This document shows positions 50,567 to 61,049 of a stretch of DNA of 64,000 nucleotides, one piece after another. Under the pieces are notes generated by a model, which did no database searches, had not been told where the DNA came from, and saw only the letters and a list, made by a program, of their open reading frames with translations. The stretch covers positions 156,535 through 220,534 of the forward strand of contig JAJRWI010000010.1 of assembly GCA_024276825.1 (NCBI GenBank), given 5' to 3'. Source of the stretch: an archaeon (GTDB lineage: Archaea > Asgardarchaeota > Thorarchaeia > Thorarchaeales > Thorarchaeaceae). Numbering within the stretch: the first letter of the stretch is position 1; the number at the start of each line of letters is the position of its first letter. The position numbers and the translations under genes were made by a program.

Positions 50567-51778
50567 CTATTTTCGCCCCTTCTTCTTTCTACGGATCTCA
50601 AAGCGGTCATTGAAAGAACGTGTGGCCTTCTCACGTTCACGTTGAGCACGTGCCGCTTTTTTCTGGCGCGAACAGTTAATGCGTGCTGCCCGGGCAAGTT
50701 CGGCAGCCCGAGTAGAGTTTACAGTATCGTCCCGTTTCTTATACAATTTCCGTGCTCGCTCCCATGCCTCGTGGGCACTGCAATAATCCTTCAGCTTCGC
50801 ATATGTTGTTGCCTTGGCATCGAATATTGTGGGGTCATTTTTTACTATGGAAGTCAGGCGTTCCCAGATGTCGGCAGCCTCGGTCCACTCCTCAAGCTCC
50901 ATCAGAACAAGACCCAGATTGTGCAACGCCCTGACGTAATCATGCTTTCTCTTTATTGCAGCTCTGAATAGTCTTGCGGCCTCCTTGAGATGTCCATCCT
51001 TATATTCAACAAGACCCATTGTGAATGGGATTGATGGATTGGATGGGTCAAGTTCACGGGCTCGTTTTAGGGCTTTTCTTGCAGACTTGAACCGTTCAGC
51101 GCGAACATGGACATCTGCAAGGACTCTCCATGTACTGACATCATCAGGTGAGATTTTTGTTGCTCGCTCAGCAGACCTTGTTGCCTCCTTGAATCGTTCC
51201 AGCATTGAGTAGGCAATCGCTTGATGCATCAAGGCGGGAACAATGTCATCCTTAATGTCGAGTGCATGTTTATAGTGTCCAAGCGCATCCTTAAACCTGC
51301 CCTCTTCAAGAGAGATGTCACCTAGACGCACCCATATCTGCCAGATATCAGCTTTAATCTTCACAATCTTTAGCAGTGTTTCCTCTTCTTCACGAGTTCT
51401 TCCTAGAAGCCGTAATGCGCGTGCCTTATCAATTAACACCTCAGGGTTATCAGGACTCAACTGAAGTGCAATATCAAGTGACCTTAAGGCTTCTTGAGCC
51501 TTGTCAGGACCAAGAGCCATCAATATGCGACCGCGATTCAGGTGGGCCTGAATGGACTGCGGATCTAGCTGGACTGCACGATCAAGGCTTCGCAGAGCTT
51601 CTCCAAATTCGCCCTTGTTAGCCATGATAACACCATGCATATTCCAGGCCATGGCATCCCTTGGGTTAGACTTGAGATGCTCTTCCAGTAAGTGTAGGGT
51701 ATTCTCATTAAATTCCATGGAACTCATTACTTTGAAGAGCGCGATCAAACAAAAACATTGACATGACTTATGGAACAC
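50567..51778 (-). CDS. tetratricopeptide repeat protein
   Basis: About 9 TPR units (AWNMHG, AHLNRG, IWVRLG, TWRVLA, ALHNLG); basic tail. Confidence 0.88.
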   Translation of the reverse strand: MFHKSCQCFCLIALFKVMSSMEFNENTLHLLEEHLKSNPRDAMAWNMHGVIMANKGEFGEALRSLDRAVQLDPQSIQAHLNRGRILMALGPDKAQEALRSLDIALQLSPDNPEVLIDKARALRLLGRTREEEETLLKIVKIKADIWQIWVRLGDISLEEGRFKDALGHYKHALDIKDDIVPALMHQAIAYSMLERFKEATRSAERATKISPDDVSTWRVLADVHVRAERFKSARKALKRARELDPSNPSIPFTMGLVEYKDGHLKEAARLFRAAIKRKHDYVRALHNLGLVLMELEEWTEAADIWERLTSIVKNDPTIFDAKATTYAKLKDYCSAHEAWERARKLYKKRDDTVNSTRAAELARAARINCSRQKKAARAQREREKATRSFNDRFEIRRKKKGRK

Positions 51779-51869
51779 TCATGATAGTGAAACTTATGTG
51801 GAACGTAGAATATGCAAAACTGGTGTCTGCATCAGAGGTAGGCATGTTTACTTGAGTGATTGATGAGAT

Positions 51870-52145
51870 ATGGTGACATATTCTGGATCTGGAGAGAGTA
51901 TAAGCGACCCCATTATAGTAGGGGATGTTGCAGGACATATGGATGCAATTAGGGCTGAGTATGCATATATCGAGAAGAAATATGGAACCAGAGGAGTCAA
52001 CTGGGTGTTACAGCAACAGACATTGCTGACCCCAGAGGGAATGACTGGTAGAAAGATTGATGCATTAACTATTGAGTTATTAACAGGTAAGGTAATCACC
52101 ATCTTCTTTGATATAACAAAGTTCTGGGGAATGGAACTGTTCTGA
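51870..52145 (+). CDS. small conserved hypothetical protein
   Basis: GSGES..DPI...AEY.YI...Q.L...D.L.I...FFDIT pattern. Confidence 0.55.
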   Translation: MVTYSGSGESISDPIIVGDVAGHMDAIRAEYAYIEKKYGTRGVNWVLQQQTLLTPEGMTGRKIDALTIELLTGKVITIFFDITKFWGMELF

Positions 52146-52157
52146 GAGAGGTGTAAT

Positions 52158-52898
52158 ATGGGGATCGGAAGGCAATGCATTGCATCTCTCTTGCTAGTAA
52201 TTATGATATTGGCTCCGATTTGTTGCACAGCGCAATCAAATCATGCATTGAGATGGGGAGTCAATGTTGACGATGAGTTTGAATATGTGCTGGAAAGAAA
52301 GCAAATTGATGCCAGTATGGAACCATACCTTGATGAGTATGCACCATTCATAACCAGAGTTGATCAGGGACAATCCATTATTGCGCGCGTAGTCGGGTTG
52401 GAGAGCATTCCTGACCATATTGATAATGCAACACAAATGCCGCAGAGCAATTGCACATTGATTCGAGCCAACGATTCCACCGTGATTATGGAGGATATGC
52501 CAATCATAGTGATTCCAGTGGGGGACTGGAACTTCACAACTGAGATCATGAACTTCACAGATTCAGAAGATATGACCTTTATTGATACTGAAACGGAGTG
52601 GGGAAGAGTTGTATCGTCGGAATTCTATATGGGAGTCTTCAAGATATCATTCTACTGGGAGATGCGATATCTCAAGGCCAATGGCACATTGACAGTCTTT
52701 ACAATGAGTGTGCAGGTGAGTGGCACAACATGGATCGATGTTCTAATCATACAAACGGGTCAGCAAAGTCATGACAACAGATTCCGTAGCATCATGATTT
52801 CCTTTGCATTGCAGTCCATTGCATTGGTCATAGTCATTTTCGGGACAACTGTGATATACCAGAGAATGGTTAGATCAAGACTCAGAAAGATTGAGTGA
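52158..52898 (+). CDS. exported protein with C-terminal membrane anchor
   Basis: Signal peptide, NHALRWGV, PVGDW, Y.K.NG.L, C-terminal TM. Confidence 0.65.
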   Translation: MGIGRQCIASLLLVIMILAPICCTAQSNHALRWGVNVDDEFEYVLERKQIDASMEPYLDEYAPFITRVDQGQSIIARVVGLESIPDHIDNATQMPQSNCTLIRANDSTVIMEDMPIIVIPVGDWNFTTEIMNFTDSEDMTFIDTETEWGRVVSSEFYMGVFKISFYWEMRYLKANGTLTVFTMSVQVSGTTWIDVLIIQTGQQSHDNRFRSIMISFALQSIALVIVIFGTTVIYQRMVRSRLRKIE

Positions 52899-52946
52899 TG
52901 TTCTTGTTCCAGTAAATATAAACGCGTCTGATGATGTGAGTAGTCG

Positions 52947-53696
52947 TTGAAAATGAGATCATTTACAGCTGCAGTTATGGCCCTAGTCTTATTGTCAATT
53001 CCAATATCTCCCTCTTTTGCCCAGCAGAATCACGTCCTCCAATGGGGTGTTGAACCTAACGAGACCTTCACTTATGTTCTGCAGAGAAAAGTCATGATGG
53101 GGGTTAATGATGAGGACATTCGGACCACTTTGCCATTTGTGATCGGTCTTGATGTTGGACAGAAGGCGACTATGCGGGTAACAAGTCTTGAGGAAGTCCC
53201 CGAAACAATTTCAGGTCCAGTTGAGGTCCCAAAGGCATACTGCAGTCTAGTTCGAGAGAATGACTCGTTTGCACTGATTGAGAATTATACTATGTTTGTG
53301 CTTCCAGTTGGGGACTGGGATTTTCTCACAGAGATGGAGAGTAATAGCTCACATTTCCCACACACCTTCATCAACACGGATGAGGAGTGGGGATTCATCA
53401 TCCAGTACGCTGTGACTAGCGAGCAGACTGTTGTGGTCTATCAAGAGATAAGGTACGAGAAGGAGAATGGCACGCTATCTTACTTGAGATTCAGGGCAGA
53501 CTCTGATGGACAGACTTTTCTTGACATTGTGTTTGTTCACTGGTACCCTGGAGTGCCTACAATCCTTGGTGAGGAGTTCCCATTGTCGACTGTCCTTACT
53601 ATCGGTGTTGCACTGGCTCTGGGTGCATTGGTGGCAATATTGGTTTACATTCGTGTGAAGTCCAAAAAGCCACTGGTTCAAATCTTGGGAGAGTAG
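52947..53696 (+). CDS. tandem paralog of 52158-52898
   Basis: NHVLQWGV, LPVGDW, YEKENGTL, C-terminal TM. Confidence 0.65.
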   Translation: MKMRSFTAAVMALVLLSIPISPSFAQQNHVLQWGVEPNETFTYVLQRKVMMGVNDEDIRTTLPFVIGLDVGQKATMRVTSLEEVPETISGPVEVPKAYCSLVRENDSFALIENYTMFVLPVGDWDFLTEMESNSSHFPHTFINTDEEWGFIIQYAVTSEQTVVVYQEIRYEKENGTLSYLRFRADSDGQTFLDIVFVHWYPGVPTILGEEFPLSTVLTIGVALALGALVAILVYIRVKSKKPLVQILGE

Positions 53697-53700
53697 GAAT

Positions 53701-54033
53701 ATGGACAAAAAAGAGGTCAAACTTGTCACCATGGATGACGATAGGATCGAGGTTTCTCTCGGTGAGACTTTTGCCATTGGCTTTCACAGACATGGCTCAG
53801 TTGGTGAGGATGCTGAGTTTGAAATTGCTGATGTAAACATAGTCGAGTTCGTGAGAGAAGAAGCCGAATATCTACATCCGGAACGGTTAGGTAGCGGAAT
53901 CACTGGGGGCGATGCTGAACGTTGCAAGTGGTTGTTCTTAGCTAAGCAGAAAGGGCAGACGGACATTATAGTCAGAGAGTTGTTTAGATTTGAAGTTGAG
54001 AGAGAAGTGTCAATATCTGTAATTGTAGAATAA
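53701..54033 (+). CDS. chagasin/I42-like Ig-fold protein
   Basis: IEVSLGETF.I...G...GG....W.F.A...G...I pattern; the NPTTGY loop is not conserved. Confidence 0.5.
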   Translation: MDKKEVKLVTMDDDRIEVSLGETFAIGFHRHGSVGEDAEFEIADVNIVEFVREEAEYLHPERLGSGITGGDAERCKWLFLAKQKGQTDIIVRELFRFEVEREVSISVIVE

Positions 54034-54095
54034 ATGGGATTTAACTCAGAGATCTATCACTGTGAGGGTATCATGATATGTTGATACTACCATCA

Positions 54096-54866
54096 CTAAA
54101 CAGTCACAAATCTCTCTTTCATGCCAAAGATAAATGTATATCCAAGAACTGATTCGAACTCACCATTCATGGCCAAGGCCTTCTTGAGCTTGATGAGACC
54201 TTTGTTAAATTCAGATTCGTCAATAAGATGCAACACTGAAAATCCCTTCCTTGAAACAGTTTCCAAAAATTCATGGTCAATATTGATCTTGAATACTGTA
54301 ATCTCAGATTGAACTTGACTAAAGCCAGCTTTCTTCAGCATTTTTTCAATAGCGACTATGGTTGGATAGCGTGCTTTTTCAATTTCAACTGTTGCAGGGA
54401 AAAAAATGGAGGTTGTGCGCTCTTCGATTTGTCTGTGTGATTGGGTCACAATGCAAACACGCCCTCCGGGCCTAGTCACCCTGAAAGAGTCTTTAATGGC
54501 TTGAGATGCATCTTGGAGATGGTGTATCACCTCAATCATCAAGACCAAGTCAAAAGAGGAGTCTGCAAATGGGAGATATTCTGCCAGAGCCTGAGCAAAC
54601 TCAATCTCATCACTCCTGCTCTTTGCTAAGGCCTTAGATATCATCCCCCATGAAACATCAACACCGATCATAGTAGCATCTGACTTCTGTTTAAGGAGGA
54701 GTGTATGATTCCCAGTCCCACAACCTATGTCTAGAATAGACGTTTCTGAAGATATATCCAAAGTTCTAGTAATGAACTCTATGATTTCCAAGCTCCCAGT
54801 GCGAAATTCATTATATATCGAGCTAAGGGAATCATAGTCCATTGGCATATCAGGCTGTTTATGCAT
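54096..54866 (-). CDS. class I SAM methyltransferase
   Basis: LDIGCGTG, AEYLPFADSSFD, VIHH, RPGG. Confidence 0.9.
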   Translation of the reverse strand: MHKQPDMPMDYDSLSSIYNEFRTGSLEIIEFITRTLDISSETSILDIGCGTGNHTLLLKQKSDATMIGVDVSWGMISKALAKSRSDEIEFAQALAEYLPFADSSFDLVLMIEVIHHLQDASQAIKDSFRVTRPGGRVCIVTQSHRQIEERTTSIFFPATVEIEKARYPTIVAIEKMLKKAGFSQVQSEITVFKINIDHEFLETVSRKGFSVLHLIDESEFNKGLIKLKKALAMNGEFESVLGYTFIFGMKERFVTV

Positions 54867-54959
54867 TTATCTCACACATCAATGATTGCCTTTCCCTTGA
54901 CTGATTCTTGCTATTTAGAGGTAGCCTTTAGCACTTGTTGTTCGGCCAAGAATGTAGAT

Positions 54960-55147
54960 GGTTGCATGTAGATGCGCAGATCTTGGACAGAGTTGGACAC
55001 CGATCAAAAGAATATTTGAGAGATCTATTGTGAAATTGTGAGAGGCTCAAATAGCATCGTGCGAAACTATGGTCCGAAATGTGCCCACTGCCGTTCGTGG
55101 GTGGACAGGACTATTATGTCCTAGATTGTCCAATTTACAATGAACGA
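54960..55147 (+). mobile_element. IS607-derived MITE-like element (188 bp)
   Basis: GGTTGCATGTAGATGCGCAGATCTTGGACAGAGTTGGACAC ... CCACTGCCGTTC..GGACAGGACT..TGTCCAATTTACAATGAACG; same length as the 16265 copy minus its IS110. Confidence 0.85.
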
Positions 55148-55696
55148 TTCCGAGTGCATAGTTGAGCAGCCCAAAGCTAATCAGCGGCTAGATAAATATA
55201 GCACTCAGCATCCAAAAGGTCATGATGATATTGTTGACCATAAAGCCTAAAGAAACATGATTGTCTGAATCAACATAGCTAGAGGTTATAATCGATTCTC
55301 GGACCCCCACATTTTCTTTCACTGTCTTGATTATCTCATAACTAATCACCAGTATTGAGTCGTAATAGCTAATTCCACAACCTAATAGATTTGTCGAAGC
55401 AAAATGGTCAATCAGAGAGAATCCGAACACGAACCAATTATAGGAAGAATGAACTCACAGAACCTCTAGTTAGCCATTTCCATGAGGACAACCATGATCA
55501 TTACCACAAGTGCCGCATACTTCTCAATCTTTTTTGTGTTCTTGTTATCTTGATGCCTAGGAATTGCTGCTCCCACAGAGCCCGGATATATCCCAATGAT
55601 CTTGATCTCATATTTTGAAATTAGCATGACTTGAATCTGATAATTCACTTCAAGAACTTCATATTTCCAGGCACAGAGGCTAGTATTTTGGAACAC
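55148..55696 (-). pseudogene. probable decayed membrane-protein gene abutting the MITE
   Basis: Hydrophobic ORF pieces in different frames; the frame continues past TAG (SAIFI*PLISFGLL) up to the MITE end. Confidence 0.35.
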
Positions 55697-55768
55697 GTGT
55701 TCTATGAATATCCTTACAAGAATTGCATTATTGTAAAAATTGCAAAGTTATATTTGGAGGTTTGAGCA

Positions 55769-56530
55769 ATGAATTGGGCAGTGGTGACTGAGATGGTTCT
55801 AATAGAAACCCGGAGTCTATGCAAGACCTACCAAATGGGAAAGGTCGTAGTACACGCGCTTAGGGATGTCAGTTTTCAAGTCGAGCAGAGCGAGTTTGTG
55901 GTCATACTGGGGCCGTCAGGATCTGGAAAGACCACGCTTCTGAACCTGATAGGTGGAATGGACATACCCACTAGTGGAAAGATAATCTTCGGGGGAAATG
56001 AGATGACCACAAAGACCGAGGAACTGGTAGAACATAGAAGAAACAATATTGGATTCATATTTCAGTTCTTGAACCTTTTGCCCACATTGACTGCAGTGGA
56101 AAACGTCGAGCTCGCACTAGAGCTGACTGGTGCTCTCACAGAGGATGGAAAACGTGACTTTAGTAAGAAGGCAATACATCAGAGGGCCCTTGAGCTAATG
56201 GAGAGAGTGGGGCTGGGCGATAGGGTCAACCATTTCCCTGCAGAGTTGAGTGGAGGAGAGCAACAGAGGGTTTCCATTGCACGGGCTCTGGCAAAGGATC
56301 CGCCATTGATAGTGGGTGATGAACCCACAGGATCTTTAGACTTTAAAACAGGAGTTGAAGTACTCAAGGAGCTATTGCGGCTCAGGAAGGAAGAGGGCAG
56401 AAGTGTCCTGCTTGTGACACATAATCGTGAGATTGCAAAGATTGCAGACACTGTGATAGAACTCAGTGATGGCAGAGTCCGTGAGATCAAAGAGGGTGAG
56501 AGGAGAACGCCAGATGAGTTGAGGTGGTAA
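55769..56530 (+). CDS. LolD/MacB-type ABC ATPase
   Basis: GPSGSGKT, LSGGEQQRV, DEPTG, VTH. Confidence 0.92.
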   Translation: MNWAVVTEMVLIETRSLCKTYQMGKVVVHALRDVSFQVEQSEFVVILGPSGSGKTTLLNLIGGMDIPTSGKIIFGGNEMTTKTEELVEHRRNNIGFIFQFLNLLPTLTAVENVELALELTGALTEDGKRDFSKKAIHQRALELMERVGLGDRVNHFPAELSGGEQQRVSIARALAKDPPLIVGDEPTGSLDFKTGVEVLKELLRLRKEEGRSVLLVTHNREIAKIADTVIELSDGRVREIKEGERRTPDELRW

Positions 56531-56532
56531 TT

Positions 56533-59076
56533 ATGCCACGGAGGAGCCTCTACAAGTCAGTGTGGCGGGACATATCAACCCATAAGATGCAGTTCCTTGG
56601 CATAACGATCATGATAGCTCTTGGGGCAGGGGCTCTTGGGACTTTCATTCCAAGTTACTACAATCTGTCCCGGACATATGACACAACCTATGAGAATCTG
56701 GGACTTGCAGATTTCAGAGTCACCACAGTTCTTCAGACAGAGAAGATTCCAGTGGACAAAGTGGATGAAATAATGCAGGACCTGATGACAGAGTATCCAA
56801 TCGCATCCTACGAGTATAGAGTTGTGTACGAGATGACAGCCCTTGAGAATACGACAGAGGGGATCAATCTCATTGCAATAAGAGCAATTGGTCTGAATGT
56901 GACAGGTGGAAGACATCCAACTGTCAATGATCTTGCATTGTTTAATGGTAGATGGTTTGTTGACTCGGACAGATGGAATGACTCGGAGTCATTTAATGAG
57001 TATGTGGCTCTTGCTGATACCAAACTTGCAACCTTTCATAATCTCACACCGAATTCAAGAATTAATGTGTTAGTAGAGGGAGATGTAAACAAGACCACTG
57101 AGGTCAGGCTTATTGGAGATGTGGGCACTGCTGAGTATCTCTGGTTGGCGGCATCATGGCAAGACCTCATGCCATCCTCAAGACGTTTTGGTCTGCTGTT
57201 CATGCCAATGTCTAGTATGCAGCATATGCTGAGTTGGAGCAATAATGAGGTGAATGATGTCTGCGTCTTGATGGAACCGGGTACACCAATCAGTATGCGA
57301 GATCAACTAATGAATGAGATGGAGAAGAGATTCGCATCAGCAGGCATCAGCATCATGCCAGCCATTCCAAGAGAGGATGAGCCATCCTATGCGGGGCTGC
57401 AGCTCGATCTTGAGGGTTTTGTCGAAATGGTTGTGGTATTTCCTGCATTCATTCTTATGATAGCGATTTTCAGCACATATGTCACAATGTCAAGGCTTGT
57501 TGCGGCACAGCGGCAGGAGGTTGGTATTACAATGGCACTAGGGTATTCAAGAAAGGACATCTACAAGAAATACCTGTCTTATGGGCTGATAGTTGGAGCT
57601 GTAGGTGGAATTATTGGAGTAATCATAGGAGAAATATTCACTCGATGGTTCATCAACGTCTATCTCGGGATGCTAGTTGTCCCATTCAGATATTACGGCT
57701 TTTATCCTGACATCATTGCACTCAATCTTGTGGTATCTCTCACTATTTGCTTACTAGGGTGCTATATTCCAGCCAGATCCTCCGCAAAGCTTATTCCTGC
57801 AGTGGCCATGCGTGATGATCCAGCAAGTGTTGTCATGGGACGTGTTACGCTGGTCGAGAGGGCTATCAAAAGGATCACTGGTTATGAGCCAAGAGTTCGC
57901 ACAAAAATCATCCTGCGGAATCTATTCAGAAACAGACGAAGAACAATATCCACAATAATTGGGCTCATGCTGAGCTTTGTGCTGATATGTTCCACGGCAG
58001 GAATGGATGACTCATTTGGCGCAACAATGAACGCAATAACAGTGAGAGAAGGGTGGAACCTTCAGGTGCAATATATTGACTTCAAAATGGGGAATGCTGT
58101 CAATGAGGACATCAATATCATCAATTCATGGCCCGAAGTCGACCTTGCATACCGTGGCATAACATTCTCAACAGTGTTGACTTCCAACTACACTGATTCG
58201 GAGATAATATTGCAGATACGTGTTCAGGACCCTGAGAATGCCATTCATGACTTCCAGTTCGGATCCACAGGTGGAGAGTTCAACGACACAGGCATTGTGA
58301 TAACAAAAGGCACTGCAAAGCAGTTGAGAGTTGGGCTGGGGGAGAAGATCATAATAATGCATCCAAGGTTCAACATCACTTCTTTAATACCTCTGAGATA
58401 TTCATTTCAAATGGTAAACTCAAGTGTGGTAGTGACTGGAATCAGCCAGGAAACCACCTCTCTTGTCTGCTGGATGAGCTATGCAATGGCTGAACAGCTA
58501 ATTGGTCAGGGGGGACTAGAAGCCAACACAATATACATCAAGCTTAAGGACCCAAGCGTGGATTCAATCAACGCAGTCAAACAGAAGGTGTATCTTCATA
58601 TTAAGAGCGTCAGAAGTGCCCTCTCGCCAGCTGACATATCAAGGGACATGGGGGAGTACATGGAAACACTCAGATTGTTTCTATTAGTGCTGATAGGCTT
58701 CTCAGTGGCACTAGCAGGCTCAATCGTTCTCACAACATCAATAATCAATGTACTCGAGCGGCGCAGAGAAGTGGCGACAATTCTGACACTGGGATCATCT
58801 CACAGGAGAGTTGAGATTAGTTTCTTTGCAGAAAACATTGTGATACTTGTGACCGCAATCATCTTAGGAATCCCAATGAGCTTTGAGTCACTCACAGAGA
58901 TGGCGGCATCATTTAGTAATGACTTTCTGGAGTTTGTGGTGGCGATAGGGCCCACAACAATTTGGATATCCATTGCGATCATCTTTGTCGCCACAGTGTT
59001 GGTCCAATGGTTCTTTGTCAGAGGGTTCAGGAGAATGGATCTTGCTCAAGAAACAAAGCGGAGGACTGTCGGATAG
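56533..59076 (+). CDS. FtsX/MacB-like ABC permease
   Basis: QRQEVG..MALGYS, RNLFRNRRRT, ERRREVAT..TLG. Confidence 0.9.
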   Translation: MPRRSLYKSVWRDISTHKMQFLGITIMIALGAGALGTFIPSYYNLSRTYDTTYENLGLADFRVTTVLQTEKIPVDKVDEIMQDLMTEYPIASYEYRVVYEMTALENTTEGINLIAIRAIGLNVTGGRHPTVNDLALFNGRWFVDSDRWNDSESFNEYVALADTKLATFHNLTPNSRINVLVEGDVNKTTEVRLIGDVGTAEYLWLAASWQDLMPSSRRFGLLFMPMSSMQHMLSWSNNEVNDVCVLMEPGTPISMRDQLMNEMEKRFASAGISIMPAIPREDEPSYAGLQLDLEGFVEMVVVFPAFILMIAIFSTYVTMSRLVAAQRQEVGITMALGYSRKDIYKKYLSYGLIVGAVGGIIGVIIGEIFTRWFINVYLGMLVVPFRYYGFYPDIIALNLVVSLTICLLGCYIPARSSAKLIPAVAMRDDPASVVMGRVTLVERAIKRITGYEPRVRTKIILRNLFRNRRRTISTIIGLMLSFVLICSTAGMDDSFGATMNAITVREGWNLQVQYIDFKMGNAVNEDINIINSWPEVDLAYRGITFSTVLTSNYTDSEIILQIRVQDPENAIHDFQFGSTGGEFNDTGIVITKGTAKQLRVGLGEKIIIMHPRFNITSLIPLRYSFQMVNSSVVVTGISQETTSLVCWMSYAMAEQLIGQGGLEANTIYIKLKDPSVDSINAVKQKVYLHIKSVRSALSPADISRDMGEYMETLRLFLLVLIGFSVALAGSIVLTTSIINVLERRREVATILTLGSSHRRVEISFFAENIVILVTAIILGIPMSFESLTEMAASFSNDFLEFVVAIGPTTIWISIAIIFVATVLVQWFFVRGFRRMDLAQETKRRTVG

Positions 59077-59087
59077 GAGGAACCATC

Positions 59088-61013
59088 ATGCGTCTGTCAA
59101 TACGATTCATTTTACTCTGGCTTTCAATCTCGGGTCTCATGATTGCCACGCCACTTCTCAGCAAGGGTGCATTGACTGTCTACCACGAAACGGTAGAACA
59201 GGTCTCACCCACATGGACTCAGCCTAACCCCTATCAGGCAGGTCAGTGGTTTGAATATTGGACGAACAGCAGTGGAGGGGCTGGCGATTATTTATTATTC
59301 AAGATAACGCAAGACACCAATGCAACATGGTGGTCCGTGGAGATTTGGAACAAAACTGATGGAACACTGAACCAGACCGCTCATGTAAAGAAGATATCAG
59401 GAGAGGGCGGACATGAGTATGTGTATGGAGTAGAGGACTATGCGGTGTACTCAATCTTTGGCACCAGTCATCCAACTCAGTGGGACCGCTGGTTCAATCT
59501 CACAGGAGTGTCCATTGGTTCGTTGATTGGCCCCATTGAGAGTGTAGAGGGTGACAATATCACTCTCACTGTGAATGCAACCGAGTACATCACAACGCCA
59601 GCAGGGACATTTGAGTGCTGGCGTGCCAATCAGAGTGCAACACTACTTGGACTAGAGTTTCGATTCAACTACTGGATTGATAAGGAATCCAACATCACAG
59701 TCCAAGCGACGACAGAGATCCCATCATTCAGCACAATCATGATAGACAGACTGATGAGTGCATCTTGGCTGACTCCACCAAACATAACTGAGGTCAGTGC
59801 GGACCCGTTAAGGTTCAGTGCAATAATCACCTGGCACACGGATGAGCTATCGGACTCGGTAGTGAATTATGGTATTAGTATTGGCAACATAAACATGACG
59901 TTTTCTAATGCAAGCCTAGTGACAGATCATGTTGTCAAGCTCACAGGGCTAAAGCCCCTTACCACTTACTATTTTGAAGTGAGCTCAAGTGACGAGTGGG
60001 GAAATCAAGTCAATAACAACAATAGTGGACATTTCTACAACTTTACCACATTTTCAGCGGAGGCTCCAGAGATCAGTTCAATTGGAGTAGTAGCATTAAG
60101 CAACATCTCAGCAACAATTGTGTTTGACACAGACAAGGAGACCAATGCTACAGTCTGGTATTCACAGTCAGACATATTCACTCAATATGTGATCGATGTG
60201 GGTTTTAGTACTCATCATGAGGTCGAGATTCTTGGGCTAGAAGAGAACACGGAATACAAGTATTTCATAACAGTCTGCGATGCCATTGGGAACAATGCCA
60301 ATAGTACAGTCAGGAGCTTCATGACTCTTGATCTGACTGCACCCAGAGTCATTTCTCTCAACTACACAATTGTAGCGGATCAACTCACTGTGCAGATTGA
60401 AACCGATGAAACCTTCAGGTGTGAACTGTATATCAGTGGAGTAGAAGAGTACCTATACCTTGCAGACAATGAGAGTGCATTCCTTACAATACACGAACTT
60501 CATGCAACAGGTCTCCCCTCATTTACACAGATCTACTTTCAAATCAACGTTATTGATCAGTCTGGAAATTCAAGAATCGTCAAGAACGGCAGTGAGATGT
60601 ATTCAGTATTGATACCAGACTATCTCATCCCAGAAGTGAGTCATCCTGACGATATCTTTGTCAGTGAGGGTGACCCATTACCTGACATAATATGGATAAT
60701 TAGTGATCAGACACCACTGTTCTATGAGATTAAAATTGATGGCATTAGCCAAGGAACAGAGAGCTGGACGGACATTCAATCCACGGTTGTCATCAATCTT
60801 GAGGGTCTAGATCTCTCAGTTGGAGTGCACACAATTGAGATTGCCCTGAGAGACCAATATGGTAATGTTGCAAGTGATGTTGTCATAGTTACCATCAGAT
60901 CCCATGTAGACCAATCGCAAGAGGTGATGGCTCAGAATATCATCACCGCATTGGTAATCATATTACTAGCAGTAGCCCTCATTATTGAGATTCTCAAAAG
61001 ACGAAGGAGTTGA
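59088..61013 (+). CDS. surface protein with fibronectin-III-like repeats and C-terminal anchor
   Basis: Signal peptide; ITWHTDE..DSVVNYG, H.VKLTGL.P.TTYYF repeated three times; C-terminal TM plus KRRR. Confidence 0.78.
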   Translation: MRLSIRFILLWLSISGLMIATPLLSKGALTVYHETVEQVSPTWTQPNPYQAGQWFEYWTNSSGGAGDYLLFKITQDTNATWWSVEIWNKTDGTLNQTAHVKKISGEGGHEYVYGVEDYAVYSIFGTSHPTQWDRWFNLTGVSIGSLIGPIESVEGDNITLTVNATEYITTPAGTFECWRANQSATLLGLEFRFNYWIDKESNITVQATTEIPSFSTIMIDRLMSASWLTPPNITEVSADPLRFSAIITWHTDELSDSVVNYGISIGNINMTFSNASLVTDHVVKLTGLKPLTTYYFEVSSSDEWGNQVNNNNSGHFYNFTTFSAEAPEISSIGVVALSNISATIVFDTDKETNATVWYSQSDIFTQYVIDVGFSTHHEVEILGLEENTEYKYFITVCDAIGNNANSTVRSFMTLDLTAPRVISLNYTIVADQLTVQIETDETFRCELYISGVEEYLYLADNESAFLTIHELHATGLPSFTQIYFQINVIDQSGNSRIVKNGSEMYSVLIPDYLIPEVSHPDDIFVSEGDPLPDIIWIISDQTPLFYEIKIDGISQGTESWTDIQSTVVINLEGLDLSVGVHTIEIALRDQYGNVASDVVIVTIRSHVDQSQEVMAQNIITALVIILLAVALIIEILKRRRS

Positions 61014-61049
61014 TAGCAAGTAACAGAGTGTCTATGGTGGGGATATGAC

